Shown here one piece after another: positions 49,658 to 59,950 of a stretch of 64,000 nucleotides of DNA. This DNA is from a virus: IMG/VR virus record IMGVR_UViG_2974694417_000001, positions 60,580 to 124,579 of that record; one strand, given 5' to 3'. The notes below the pieces were generated by a model, which worked only from the letters and a program-made list of their open reading frames with translations, was not told the DNA's origin and did not search any database. The translations under genes and the position numbers were made by a program. Within the stretch, counting starts at the first letter, position 1, and every line of letters starts with the position of its first letter.

Positions 49658-50275
49658 TTATTTTTTGTTATCTTTTTCAATTTTTTCAATTTGCAAACGA
49701 AGTTCTTCTGTTTTTTTAGTAATTTCATCTGTTTCACGAGAAATTTTATCTGTAATTTCCTTAATCAAAGATTGAATAGATTCAGGAAGATTTTCAGAAA
49801 TATCATTAAAAATTCCAACATCCATTAAGTCAATTAAGAAGTTTTGTTTGTCTTCAATTGTTTCACCGACTTCAAAATCAGAGAACACAGCGAGGATGTC
49901 TACAACTACAAATGAACCTGCAATAATATCAAACTCATTTTTGAATCCTTCATTTTGTTTGTATAGCTCCATAATGAGACCATCTTGCTTTTCATCTTCC
50001 GAAAGAAAATATGAAAGAGTTTCTCGAATTTTAGTCTCAATTTCTAGTTTTTTACTTTCAGTAGGTATAGTATCGATGTTGTAGTAGAACTCTTCACCAT
50101 CAATCGTAACTCCAACTTTCATAATTCCACGAGACTTTTTAATTTTCGCTTGAATCTGAGCGGGTGTTAAATGCTTAGCTGTTTCTTTTTTGGCTGTAGT
50201 TTTAGTGGTTTTGGCTTTGGTAGTTTTTTTAGGTTTTTCCTCTTGTGTGATGTCAACTATTTTTTTATCTGTCAA
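49658..50275 (-). CDS. Putative tail assembly chaperone
   Basis: 205 aa acidic helical protein with Lys/Thr-rich N-terminus; GTG start with AAGGAG; own promoter. Confidence 0.5.
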   Translation of the reverse strand: MTDKKIVDITQEEKPKKTTKAKTTKTTAKKETAKHLTPAQIQAKIKKSRGIMKVGVTIDGEEFYYNIDTIPTESKKLEIETKIRETLSYFLSEDEKQDGLIMELYKQNEGFKNEFDIIAGSFVVVDILAVFSDFEVGETIEDKQNFLIDLMDVGIFNDISENLPESIQSLIKEITDKISRETDEITKKTEELRLQIEKIEKDNKK

Positions 50276-50307
50276 AGTGATTTCTCCTTTAATTCTTTCT
50301 TATTACT

Positions 50308-50336
50308 ATTATACCATAAAATAAGGAAAAGCGCAA
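50308..50336 (-). promoter_or_regulatory. Late-arm promoter, TTGCGC-17-TGgTATAAT
   Basis: Reverse complement reads TTGCGC ttttccttattttatgg TATAAT. Confidence 0.75.
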
Positions 50337-50343
50337 GTATAAA

Positions 50344-50733
50344 TTATGCACTTCCCCCATTTTCTTTTAACTGGGATTCTAATTCTTTTATTCTTTTCTT
50401 TAAATATCTGTTCTCTTTGGTTAATATTTCAATCTTATCAGCTAATTCCTTTTCCATCCTATCTTTTTCAGCGATGATTTGAGTCTTATCATACCTTATT
50501 GTCATGTTATCATTCTTTAGGATTTCATTCTCTTTTTCAATCTTATCAACTCTTTCTACTAAATGGTTGTATCTTTCATCTGATAAATTGATTTGAGCTG
50601 TCATTTTATCTATCAAACCATGTTCAGCTGTCTTTCTTGAATTGAACTGATTAAATAATAACCCTAAGAGTGCAACACCACCAGCACCACCAGCCCACTG
50701 TAATATATCAATCAGTTTCATATAGGAATACAC
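50344..50733 (-). CDS. Membrane-anchored coiled-coil protein (holin/antiholin-like)
   Basis: N-terminal TM (WAGGAGGVALLGLLF) followed by a long heptad repeat. Confidence 0.6.
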   Translation of the reverse strand: MYSYMKLIDILQWAGGAGGVALLGLLFNQFNSRKTAEHGLIDKMTAQINLSDERYNHLVERVDKIEKENEILKNDNMTIRYDKTQIIAEKDRMEKELADKIEILTKENRYLKKRIKELESQLKENGGSA

Positions 50734-51127
50734 TCGCTTTCATCATATATATTAATTGAACGATTATAGGTATAATTAGTATATGTTTTACATTCGGTGT
50801 TTGTGATAGTCCTAAAATTAATTGGTTAAGGTATATCCAGACCCAAGCAACAGTAAGTAAAGATACTACTTTTCTATATGTCTGTGTTTTATTAATATAC
50901 ACAATGGCGAGAACTCCTAAAGATATAAAAAGAAGAGAAAAAAGAATGTCGAAGATTCTATTCTCAGAAAAAGTAATAACAAATACCTTGGTATTGACAA
51001 AGTCTTTCAGAAGACTAATTATTCCAACCACTACGGTAACGAATGAAACTGTCCAATTAAACATCATTAAACTTTTAATCTTTGAATCTCTGTATGCTTT
51101 AATAATTTTGGAAAAATCGTCATTCAT
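50708..51127 (-). CDS. Four-TM membrane protein
   Basis: Four hydrophobic segments; AAGGAGG RBS. Confidence 0.7.
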   Translation of the reverse strand: MNDDFSKIIKAYRDSKIKSLMMFNWTVSFVTVVVGIISLLKDFVNTKVFVITFSENRIFDILFSLLFISLGVLAIVYINKTQTYRKVVSLLTVAWVWIYLNQLILGLSQTPNVKHILIIPIIVQLIYMMKASVFLYETD

Positions 51128-51145
51128 ATCTTCCTCCTTTCAAAC

Positions 51146-51180
51146 AAAAAAAGACTGAGCTACTTAACAGCCCAGTCTTT
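51146..51180 (-). terminator. Intrinsic terminator after the major tail protein gene
   Basis: AAAGACTGGGCT...AGCTCAGTCTTT followed by a T run on the minus strand. Confidence 0.8.
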
Positions 51181-51197
51181 ATGTAGCGTATTATCTA

Positions 51198-51902
51198 TTA
51201 GACAATAGTGATAGAATACAAGTCAGTTGATTCACCGTCACGAAGAATGTCAAGGTTGAAGTCAAATGTAGAAACATTTTCAGCATCCATTGTAAATGTG
51301 AAACCAGCTTGAAGTTGTGCTTTAGGAATCATGAATTGTGCGACACGGTCTTTACCAGTAGCATTATCACGTACAATTGTATCACCAATTACACGGTAAG
51401 CGCTAGGGAATTTATCAGATACGAATTTAACTGTTTTAGCAGAAACAGGTGCTTTGTATTCATAGTATGCTGAAACGGTTGTTTGACCATCCAAACCTGT
51501 AACGTTAACACCTGAAACTTTAGCAGTAGACACTTCTTTACCATCTTTATCAACGATTGTTACTTTTGTGCTTTCTGATGGAGTTTCAGATAGAGTTGCT
51601 GTATTAGTCTTAACATCAAGTTTTTCACGTTTGTACAAAGTTGTACCAGCTACAACTTCTGTACCAGCAAGAACAGCCATTGACTCTAGTGAAAGCAAAG
51701 CATCTTGCATTTGAAGTGTTGCTGTACGAGAGTAGTTCCAAGTCATAAGTTTTGCATTACCACGACCACCAGTAGCATCAGTTGTTTCGGAAGCGTTTTC
51801 GATACTTGAAGTTTTCAAAGTATCGAAAAACAATACTGGTTTACCAGTTGCGATATCGAAAAAGATTACGTCTGCGACTTCTTTAATACCAAATTTACTC
51901 AT
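51198..51902 (-). CDS. Major tail (tube) protein
   Basis: FGIKEVADV, DTLKTSSIE, GGRGNAKL..W, SDKFP..Y.VIGDT, FDFNLD; GGAGG RBS. Confidence 0.8.
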   Translation of the reverse strand: MSKFGIKEVADVIFFDIATGKPVLFFDTLKTSSIENASETTDATGGRGNAKLMTWNYSRTATLQMQDALLSLESMAVLAGTEVVAGTTLYKREKLDVKTNTATLSETPSESTKVTIVDKDGKEVSTAKVSGVNVTGLDGQTTVSAYYEYKAPVSAKTVKFVSDKFPSAYRVIGDTIVRDNATGKDRVAQFMIPKAQLQAGFTFTMDAENVSTFDFNLDILRDGESTDLYSITIV

Positions 51903-51921
51903 TATTTAGTTCCTCCTAGGA

Positions 51922-52683
51922 TTATTGGGGTGCTCCCCAATCTGAAATTTCATTACCGCCATACATTGATGCTTTGACGGACATCTTATATCCTTCAATT
52001 GCATATAGGCGAGAATGTTCATCGTATAATTGATAGAGAGTATATTCTAAAACATTAAGTTTATTTGTTGAGGGACTCATTGCAGTTACAGCACTAATAA
52101 TATCCGCAATATCACGGCTACTGTCGGCTTTTTCTTTTGCTTTGATTTGTTCAACTTTTTCTCTGTTTCTTCTAAGTTTCTCTAACATTTTTTTAGCTTT
52201 CTCATCATAAGGATTTTCTTCGTTATCAGTTTTGCTATCTGCAAATCCATTAATTACTTTGACTTTAGTTATGATTGTGGAGAAAGTTTCTTTGTCTATA
52301 AGTTTAACGTCTTCATCGGACGAGAGATTTTTATATAATAATCTATCGTACTCTACCTCAATAGACCCCTCTGGCAAGCCAAGGACAAACTCTAGTGAGC
52401 TTGTAAAAATTTTTTTATACTCATCATCAGTACAAACCATCAGTTGCATATCTAGAGCTGTTAGCTGATTACGTTGCTGATATAAATCCATATAATTAGG
52501 TGAGTCAATAAACATTTTCATAAAATCATCAACATCTCTCAAGATGTTGCTGACACGAAACAAGTACTCACTAAATCCAATATTGGAAATTTCTTTGAGT
52601 TTAAATTGTTTCAGGGATAAAAAATCGTTGACTCGAATACTGTTTCCTAGTATTAAATTTAGTTTATCATCTACTTGAATCAA
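51922..52683 (-). CDS. Putative tail assembly/neck protein
   Basis: Likely TTG start at 52683 after GGGTGGTGA; position just upstream of the major tail protein gene. Confidence 0.6.
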   Translation of the reverse strand: MIQVDDKLNLILGNSIRVNDFLSLKQFKLKEISNIGFSEYLFRVSNILRDVDDFMKMFIDSPNYMDLYQQRNQLTALDMQLMVCTDDEYKKIFTSSLEFVLGLPEGSIEVEYDRLLYKNLSSDEDVKLIDKETFSTIITKVKVINGFADSKTDNEENPYDEKAKKMLEKLRRNREKVEQIKAKEKADSSRDIADIISAVTAMSPSTNKLNVLEYTLYQLYDEHSRLYAIEGYKMSVKASMYGGNEISDWGAPQ

Positions 52684-53272
52684 CTTTATCACCACCCTTT
52701 TCGATAGCAATAGTGTCTAAGTAAACTCTTATACATTCAAATTTGCTATTTACTGTAAGATGTGTAAAACCAATTGGTACAGGTAGCTTATCTATTCTTT
52801 CTTTTGTCAAAATTTTATTAATTCTGTTCATTAAACCATAGGGTCTAATTATTTTGACTTTTGATTCAGAATCAGAAGTCAACCACATATCGTGAGAACA
52901 AATTATATCTAAGTTTAACTGACTCTTAGAATAAACCCCATCTTTACTTAACGTACCATCTGAAAAATATATGCGAACAAAAATTCCTTCGGATATTGCA
53001 GGTTCTGGGTCAAATGGGTAAGCTTTGATTTTTTGATTATCATCTTTATCTTTGATAATAAGTCCATTTTCAAAGATTTCTTTTGCCTTCGTATCGAGTG
53101 GTCTCCCTAAAGCTTTAGCATCTTTAAAATATAATAACTTAAAGATATCTTCATCTTCTTTGAGAGCATCCATAATACGAACAATAGCTGTACTCATTTT
53201 ATCAATTGTATACGCTTGGATTTCAGCTTGTTCATCCAACATCATTTGATAATTTTTAGTAGGCATTCCCAT
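52667..53272 (-). CDS. Putative tail terminator / head-tail joining protein
   Basis: 201 aa; position in the neck module. Confidence 0.55.
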   Translation of the reverse strand: MGMPTKNYQMMLDEQAEIQAYTIDKMSTAIVRIMDALKEDEDIFKLLYFKDAKALGRPLDTKAKEIFENGLIIKDKDDNQKIKAYPFDPEPAISEGIFVRIYFSDGTLSKDGVYSKSQLNLDIICSHDMWLTSDSESKVKIIRPYGLMNRINKILTKERIDKLPVPIGFTHLTVNSKFECIRVYLDTIAIEKGGDKVDSSR

Positions 53273-54024
53273 TACCAGCCACCCCTTTCATTTTCCTCTT
53301 CGTCCTTTTCATTCCATATATCTTGATACGCTATTCCAGTTTCAAAGTTATCTTTCGCATCATTTCTTATATCTTCTTTGAGTGTAAGTTGTAGAACACC
53401 ATAGTAATCACTATCGACATAACTGATATCGTCAACATGCTCAAGTTTATATGCTTTGCTACCACAAATAAATCTTTGACCTAATCTCAAAGTAGTTGTT
53501 AACTCATTTAATTCTACTGCAACGAGTATTTTTCCAACTGGTGTTTTGACGTCAAAGACATTATAGGCTAGTCCAGCATCATTTGCTTTAGAACCTGAAC
53601 CTAAATATGAAGTAGATGTTATTGAGGGAATATCAATTATCTTCCCAGAAGTATCTTTCCATCTTAGGGTGTCATTTATCTTACCTACTCTTAGTTTGAT
53701 ATCATCAACAGTCGAACCAAAGGTATCATAAGCAAGCCATCTATCTCCATCGAACTCTAGGATATTTCCGACTTTATGCAATACATTTGGTTTGAAAAGG
53801 ATATTTCTCAACGTTCCTTGTCTGTCAATTTCAATTACACGAATATCTTCTTCAACAAAGTTTTCTTTATCAGTACCCATATTAGTAAAGATTTTAGACC
53901 TTCTGTAAGTTGTTGAAGCTTTGAACTTTTTATCTTTAAAGTAATGAGTGTTCTTACGAAGGGAATCTCCTACGTCAGTACCATTAGCTTCCAACCTCTT
54001 TTTATATACTTCAAAGTAGTCCAT
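53272..54024 (-). CDS. Putative head closure / head-tail adaptor
   Basis: 250 aa beta-rich protein in the neck module. Confidence 0.55.
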   Translation of the reverse strand: MDYFEVYKKRLEANGTDVGDSLRKNTHYFKDKKFKASTTYRRSKIFTNMGTDKENFVEEDIRVIEIDRQGTLRNILFKPNVLHKVGNILEFDGDRWLAYDTFGSTVDDIKLRVGKINDTLRWKDTSGKIIDIPSITSTSYLGSGSKANDAGLAYNVFDVKTPVGKILVAVELNELTTTLRLGQRFICGSKAYKLEHVDDISYVDSDYYGVLQLTLKEDIRNDAKDNFETGIAYQDIWNEKDEEENERGGW

Positions 54025-54025
54025 A

Positions 54026-54343
54026 TTAGTCCACCATTTTCGAAGCTAAAGATTTGGAAATCTCTATCGCTTTAAAAACCTCTCTTTTTACTGTATCCTG
54101 ATTCGCAGTTTTTTTGGTCTCATTTTGAAGACTAGAGATAACTGCAATAAGTGTTACAAACTCTGACAGCTTATAATTAATGTAAGATTCAAGACCATCT
54201 AATTCGATTATTAGAGATGAGATATAAGAATCTAAGTTAGCGTTATTTTCTTCATACAATGGTAGTATTTTAAAAATACTATTCACATTTTTTACTTCAA
54301 AATATTCTACTAATCTTTTGTTATCTTTTATCATATACTGCAC
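54026..54343 (-). CDS. Hypothetical protein (start may be 54334)
   Basis: ORF coupled to both neighbours. Confidence 0.6.
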   Translation of the reverse strand: MQYMIKDNKRLVEYFEVKNVNSIFKILPLYEENNANLDSYISSLIIELDGLESYINYKLSEFVTLIAVISSLQNETKKTANQDTVKREVFKAIEISKSLASKMVD

Positions 54344-54761
54344 CTACAAACGTATATTTTGTAATTTTTACCGCTGTCTCTCTTTTAATCTCTTTATAAA
54401 AATCTTTTAATTGGTTGATTTGATTTGCTTGCGAAAGTATCTTGAAATCAGAATCACTAAGAGCTTGCTCAAGAGTCTCATTACGAATCATGATTTGTTT
54501 GAAGTACTCTACAATCATAAGCATTGCTATGATTTCAACTTCTAAGTTAGTGAGGTCTGCGTTGATATTGACTACTTTTGGTAAAGTTTTTTCTCCATCA
54601 GCATCTGTAGACAAGTCTTTCGGACATTGTACAAACTCAGCACTTGCTGTTCTGTAATATCCGAATAAAACTGATTCTACATAGTCTTTATCATCGATGA
54701 ACTTATAGTCTGAAATCTTCTGCAAGAAACTACCATAGACCCTTGTGATGTTAGTTGACAT
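54321..54761 (-). CDS. Putative head-tail connector
   Basis: Helical; FLQKISDY...LTNLEVEIIAMLM...DFKILSQANQINQL. Confidence 0.6.
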   Translation of the reverse strand: MSTNITRVYGSFLQKISDYKFIDDKDYVESVLFGYYRTASAEFVQCPKDLSTDADGEKTLPKVVNINADLTNLEVEIIAMLMIVEYFKQIMIRNETLEQALSDSDFKILSQANQINQLKDFYKEIKRETAVKITKYTFVGAVYDKR

Positions 54762-54781
54762 ATTTTATTTCCTTTCGATTA

Positions 54782-55444
54782 TTATTTGATTGGCAAATTG
54801 TCCTCGAATGAAATATCATACTCATCTTCAAAAGTTTTAATAATGAAAGAACTATCTAACTCACCAGTATTGTAACGTCTTTTAGCCTCGTCGAAAAGTG
54901 TAGTACGCATTTCGTTTGGAAGTGATTGAATTACTTCACGAATATCGTCTGTTCGCATTTCTAAGATTTGTTTTACACGTGCTGGTGTTAAGAAGTGTGT
55001 ATAAGCAGATTCAAGATTGAACTCTTTAATAAGGTCTTTATTAAGAATAATAATCCATCCATCAGTAAGAGCTTCACGGGCTAAATTATTCATAGACTTC
55101 AATTCTTTATAAGGCATTTTGTTCTTTTGACCAAAACCACGAAACTCAAAAACACCATTTCCTGCTTGTGAGGTATGTAGCAAACGCCCGTTAATACCAG
55201 CCATGACCATAATCAAATCATCATCTTTAAATTTACTTTTTTCTTCCACTATAGCTTCTAAATCGAACTCATCTAATGATGTGTCTCCAGATTTTTCGAC
55301 AGCATTTGCTTTAGCCTTTTCTTTTTTTAATACAGATTCTAATTGCTTAAAATTTAAAGGTTTTCCATCTTCATTAGTAAAGTCTGCTTTACTGTAAGAA
55401 TAATCTCTAACCAATTCTTCTTTGATTTCTTTAATTGTTGCCAT
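54782..55444 (-). CDS. Hypothetical virion-module protein
   Basis: 220 aa with AAGGAG RBS, after the capsid terminator. Confidence 0.7.
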   Translation of the reverse strand: MATIKEIKEELVRDYSYSKADFTNEDGKPLNFKQLESVLKKEKAKANAVEKSGDTSLDEFDLEAIVEEKSKFKDDDLIMVMAGINGRLLHTSQAGNGVFEFRGFGQKNKMPYKELKSMNNLAREALTDGWIIILNKDLIKEFNLESAYTHFLTPARVKQILEMRTDDIREVIQSLPNEMRTTLFDEAKRRYNTGELDSSFIIKTFEDEYDISFEDNLPIK

Positions 55445-55478
55445 TGTTTGTAATCTCCTTATTCTCTCTTAAAACATA

Positions 55479-55502
55479 TTAAAAGGGGAATAATCCCCCT
55501 CC
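55479..55502 (-). terminator. Intrinsic terminator after the major capsid gene
   Basis: GGGG-attatt-CCCC followed by TTTT on the minus strand. Confidence 0.65.
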
Positions 55503-55506
55503 AATA

Positions 55507-56526
55507 TTATTTAGCTTTAAATTTGATGTAACCAAATTGACTTGATGGTACTGTGGCAATACCAAGTTTTTGAGTCAAAAGGTATTCTTTTTGAAGGTCA
55601 TCACGATTTACTGATTCGCTTTCTTCAACGTATGCTTCACCTTCATTAACTACTTTAACGAATTTATCATTAGTTTGTGGCAAGAGCAAGATAGCATCGT
55701 CTTCGAAGATGAAAGTATTAGTTCCTTCTTGGTGCAAAGCTGGAAGTTCTTTAGCTTCAATACCAGCAATACGACCATAAAAAGCTTGTTGGTTACGTTG
55801 GTTATTTGAAGCGTCAGATGGGAATTTGATATCAAGATTGCTCAAAGCAAGAGCAGTACCATAGATAACAACTTCTGCACCAGTACGTGCTTCCAAGTGT
55901 TTTGCAACTTCTAAAATTTGTTTCTCAGTTGGAAGACCACCAGACAAAGTAAGACGGTAAGGTTCACCTGCACCACCTGCACGGAAGTTTTTAAGAATTG
56001 CATCATAAATATCTTCCTGAATAGATTTAACCATTGACTCACCAACTTTACGAGCCATTTCTACGAAGTCTACACGACCAGCCATGAAACGGTCAAATTC
56101 TTCATAGATTTTAACTCCACGACGTACAGTTGGAACAGAGAAGCGTTCACCTTCACGGTGACGTTGACGTCTAAGGTTACCGTTACCATCTGAAATTACA
56201 GATACACGGAAATTAGAGTTATCTGGGATATAAAATTCATTTTTATCCCCAAGTGCAAGGTTGCGGTAGTCAATCAAACCGTCAAGGATATTTGTAAATC
56301 CTTCGTTGACTGTGACTTCAATAACTTCTTCAATAACTTCAAAGACTTCATTTTTGTGTTTACGGAAAGTCTTAGGAGAGATTGGTTGCCCAACTTCTAC
56401 TTCGAGCAATTCATAAAATCCTTTACGAAGTGCTTCTGACGGTGTTACATCTTTAGCTGAGAAATCTTTTGGCAAAGTGCCATTTACATACATTTTAGCT
56501 AATTCTACAAGAGCTTTTGTTTCCAT
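55507..56526 (-). CDS. Major capsid protein
   Basis: 339 aa downstream of scaffold and decoration genes; GGAGG RBS; followed by a terminator. Confidence 0.8.
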   Translation of the reverse strand: METKALVELAKMYVNGTLPKDFSAKDVTPSEALRKGFYELLEVEVGQPISPKTFRKHKNEVFEVIEEVIEVTVNEGFTNILDGLIDYRNLALGDKNEFYIPDNSNFRVSVISDGNGNLRRQRHREGERFSVPTVRRGVKIYEEFDRFMAGRVDFVEMARKVGESMVKSIQEDIYDAILKNFRAGGAGEPYRLTLSGGLPTEKQILEVAKHLEARTGAEVVIYGTALALSNLDIKFPSDASNNQRNQQAFYGRIAGIEAKELPALHQEGTNTFIFEDDAILLLPQTNDKFVKVVNEGEAYVEESESVNRDDLQKEYLLTQKLGIATVPSSQFGYIKFKAK

Positions 56527-56564
56527 TAAAATTTTCCTCCTAGGTATCTTGGTTTCTTATATTC

Positions 56565-57086
56565 TTACTGAACTTGAAGAGTCCAAGCTTTTTCAACAGT
56601 GTCGAGTGTGTTTCCAGCATCTTCAATAACTTTAAGTGTAAGTTGTCCTGCTTTTGGTGAATCTTCTTTAGCCAATCTACCATTTTTAACTGTAAGTGTA
56701 TTACCTACTGCTAAATCTCCATGAGAACCAACTGTGATTGATTGGTCAGTCATTGTCAAAATGTCTCCACGTTGAAGACGGTATCCACGAACGACTTTAC
56801 CTTCTTCGTTTTTGAAATTACGCAAAGGGCTACGTTCATCATATTGAAGTTCTGGTGCATGCAACATAACTGTATCTTTAGTGCCGTCTGTTGAAATTAC
56901 ACCTTTTTTAACTTCGCCTTTACGACCAGTCCATTTTCCAGCAGAGTCTGGAAGAAGCACATCAACATCAACAAACAATCCATTTGCATAGTCTTTTACA
57001 AGGTTTTCACCTGAGTCATATGCAACGATAGATTCCAAGTTACCATTTACACCACTTAATACTTTATCTAAATTAACGATTGCCAT
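56565..57086 (-). CDS. Capsid decoration/stabilising protein
   Basis: PELQYDE...F.NE.G.VVRGYRL..GDI; position between scaffold and MCP. Confidence 0.65.
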   Translation of the reverse strand: MAIVNLDKVLSGVNGNLESIVAYDSGENLVKDYANGLFVDVDVLLPDSAGKWTGRKGEVKKGVISTDGTKDTVMLHAPELQYDERSPLRNFKNEEGKVVRGYRLQRGDILTMTDQSITVGSHGDLAVGNTLTVKNGRLAKEDSPKAGQLTLKVIEDAGNTLDTVEKAWTLQVQ

Positions 57087-57114
57087 TAATTATTCCTCCT
57101 ATTAATGTCTTTTC

Positions 57115-58374
57115 TTAGTTAAACAAATCTTCAAATGAATATTGTTTTTTATTTCCTTGTTCTGGTTTAATTGTGATTTTAGCAAATTCTTTTGAAATAT
57201 TTTTTTCTACTGGTTTAGCCATACGACCAAGCATTTCGAATAATTTCACTTCAAGAGCATCTGTGTTTTCAAACGCAGAATAATCAAGTTCTTTTACAGC
57301 AGATTCATCTAAACCATAAGTTTCAATGAATGCTTCAACTTTATCGTTGCATTCACGAACATGATTGTCTAATTCAAATTTACCATTTTTAGCTTTCAAA
57401 CCTTTGATTTCCTCTTTGAGTTTTTCATTTTCTGATTTCAACTCTTCGATTTGTTTTTCTAACTTTGCAATAGTTGCATTGTCAGATGTCTCAGATTTTT
57501 TTGCTTTTTTAGGTTCATCCTCTTTGGCTTTAGCTTTAGCTTTTTTATCTGCATCAGCTTCTGCTTTAGCAAATTCTGCCAATTCTTTTTCAACCTCTTC
57601 AACAGGAATTTCTGCGTAATTTTTAACTTTAGCTGAAAGTTCTTCTTCTGTCAAAGAAAATTTTGCGAGTAAGTCTTCTAATTTCAACTTTGGTTCTCCC
57701 TTCTCGATAGTTTCGATTTCGTTTAAAGCAAATTTTAAATCTTTAAACATGTTCTGCATACTTTCAGTAAGTGAATCATCTTTTGAGTATGTTTGAACTT
57801 TGGCATCGTCAAATGCTGGTCTTACATATCCAGCTCCGTTCTTGTCGATGCCAAGCACACATAGTGCTGTGAAGTAAAAATCAGTAATGTAATCAATACC
57901 ATCAAGAGTATAATATTCATTAACTGTGATTTCCATTGACTGACCAAAATCATCTGTAGATAAAGCAGAAACAAGTTTCTCATCTCTATTCCAGATTAAA
58001 GCGTTATCAATAACAAGATATTCTCTTCGGATTCCGTCTTTATCTACAATATTTTCCCAAGAAAAAACTGCACTTTCGGGCACAACACCGATTGGAACTG
58101 TTTTTGTTTTAACAACAATCTTATCATCTTCTACAACAAGACTACGTTCATGTCCACCAAAATTTTCATCTTCTTCGCTAAAATAACCAACGATTGGAAT
58201 ATTTTTTAATGAAGGAACAGCCTTTTCAACATCCCACTTACTAAAAGAAGAACGGTTTGGGTTTTCTCCATGATACATAACCGTTACTCTAGCTTTTGAG
58301 AATAGTGGACTTAAACTCTCCGTGATTTCAAAGTTAATCATTTTAGAGTTTAGGATTTTAGTATTATCTACCAT
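57115..58374 (-). CDS. Prohead protease-scaffold fusion
   Basis: MYHGENPNRS, IPIVG, GQSMEI, FTALCVLG, PAF; C-terminal charged coiled coil. Confidence 0.75.
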   Translation of the reverse strand: MVDNTKILNSKMINFEITESLSPLFSKARVTVMYHGENPNRSSFSKWDVEKAVPSLKNIPIVGYFSEEDENFGGHERSLVVEDDKIVVKTKTVPIGVVPESAVFSWENIVDKDGIRREYLVIDNALIWNRDEKLVSALSTDDFGQSMEITVNEYYTLDGIDYITDFYFTALCVLGIDKNGAGYVRPAFDDAKVQTYSKDDSLTESMQNMFKDLKFALNEIETIEKGEPKLKLEDLLAKFSLTEEELSAKVKNYAEIPVEEVEKELAEFAKAEADADKKAKAKAKEDEPKKAKKSETSDNATIAKLEKQIEELKSENEKLKEEIKGLKAKNGKFELDNHVRECNDKVEAFIETYGLDESAVKELDYSAFENTDALEVKLFEMLGRMAKPVEKNISKEFAKITIKPEQGNKKQYSFEDLFN

Positions 58375-58385
58375 TTCTTATCTCC

Positions 58386-59927
58386 TTACTGCGTATTTGC
58401 TGGCTTATCTTTAGACCTCTGCGTCTCATCGCTGTCTTTATTGCCAGTAGTTTCGTTAGTAGGTCTTCCGTTTTCTTTTCCTGTTTCCTTTATTGCTTCT
58501 CCTGCAATATCAGAACCACTCGTGTTAAACGAAGAACTTAATGGAGTCATAATTTCTGGTAGGTCAAGTATTTCATTCTCAACTTTAAGCAATCCAGTAA
58601 ATGCTACTGGGTCAATTCCCATGAGAGATGCAAGATAAACCTTAACTGGGAATCCATATTGAGCATCTGTGATGTATTTATCGTGGGCTTCTTTTTTGCT
58701 AAAGTGTGTTACTTCTAACATTGTCGCTTTAAAGTATTTAGACATGCCATTCAACAACATATATCTATTCAGCCAACGCTCAAGTTGATTGAGGATTCCG
58801 AAAATAAACTGTTCATCAGTTGCAATACTCATTGCAATACCTTGTGAAGTTTTATTATCGGAAGAGAATAAAATTTGACTTACTCCTGCATTATCCCAAA
58901 AGTTTTTAGTTGCCTTTTCAACACTGTCGTCTGTTGAACTATCTTTATCAAATGACACAGTATCAATTTCCATTGGAGATGTTACAACACCAACATTGTC
59001 AGGAACTGTCATTGATAATGCTTCATGGAAATAATTCATCATCGGCATATCCAATGTGAAGTCATTATTATCATTACTAGAACGTGTTTCAAGTTTTTGA
59101 ATCAATAACTTATAATTTTGGAGTTCTGCTTTGTCATTTCGCAAATCTTTAAATGAATGAATATCATAAATACTATCAAATGTTCCTGCAAATGGTGGCA
59201 CAGGAATCAAACTAGACTCATTGATTTTAATACAGATACTATTTTTATCTTGAATTTCATACCAGTTGGAAGCACTTTTGTTATTTCCTTTTTTCATGGT
59301 ATTATATTTATTAACCGCATCTTGAATTTCTTGAGGGTAATAATCTACTATATCTGCACTAATCAATGCATCCAAGTCAATTACATAGTTATAAACACCA
59401 CCACTAACTGAACTAATTTTGCATATATCATTAGGAAATTGTTGAATCATGACTGACTCTTTATCGTCAATAACATATCCATAGAAGATATCTACCGTCA
59501 TCGCTAATTTAACTATTTTACTAAAGTTATATTTAGGATTTAGACGAGATAGAAATTCTGTAACTGTTGCTAGTTCCTTTTTTAATTTATTTTCATTTGC
59601 TGTTGAAATATCTTTAAATGGAACTACTGAATAAGCATACAAAGGCATGTTTGCATAGAAGTTTAATAATCTTTGATATTGTTGACTTTGAACTGCTAAG
59701 TCTTCACTTACTTTTCGTAATGTCTTTTGATTTCCTTCTTTTCGGTATTCTTTGACTATCTTACGAACTTTACTTTGACTTGAAGTTAGTGAGCCTACTG
59801 GTGCTCCAAAGACAGGTGTTCTATTGTCATCACGCAATATTGAAATTCTGTTATTTCTCTTATTACTATAAGAACTAATAGATTCAACATCAATCATACT
59901 AAGTCTTTTCTTCTTATTTTTAGCCAA
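58386..59927 (-). CDS. Portal protein
   Basis: 513 aa directly after the terminase large subunit; helical, acidic C-terminal tail GRP. Confidence 0.8.
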   Translation of the reverse strand: MAKNKKKRLSMIDVESISSYSNKRNNRISILRDDNRTPVFGAPVGSLTSSQSKVRKIVKEYRKEGNQKTLRKVSEDLAVQSQQYQRLLNFYANMPLYAYSVVPFKDISTANENKLKKELATVTEFLSRLNPKYNFSKIVKLAMTVDIFYGYVIDDKESVMIQQFPNDICKISSVSGGVYNYVIDLDALISADIVDYYPQEIQDAVNKYNTMKKGNNKSASNWYEIQDKNSICIKINESSLIPVPPFAGTFDSIYDIHSFKDLRNDKAELQNYKLLIQKLETRSSNDNNDFTLDMPMMNYFHEALSMTVPDNVGVVTSPMEIDTVSFDKDSSTDDSVEKATKNFWDNAGVSQILFSSDNKTSQGIAMSIATDEQFIFGILNQLERWLNRYMLLNGMSKYFKATMLEVTHFSKKEAHDKYITDAQYGFPVKVYLASLMGIDPVAFTGLLKVENEILDLPEIMTPLSSSFNTSGSDIAGEAIKETGKENGRPTNETTGNKDSDETQRSKDKPANTQ

Positions 59928-59950
59928 ACTTATCTCCTTTCTATCTTATT

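Noticed and set aside
49658-50275. Programmed -1 frameshift typical of tail assembly chaperones
   Set aside because: No convincing slippery heptamer with a long alternative frame, and a terminator-like hairpin (49583-49617) follows the ORF.
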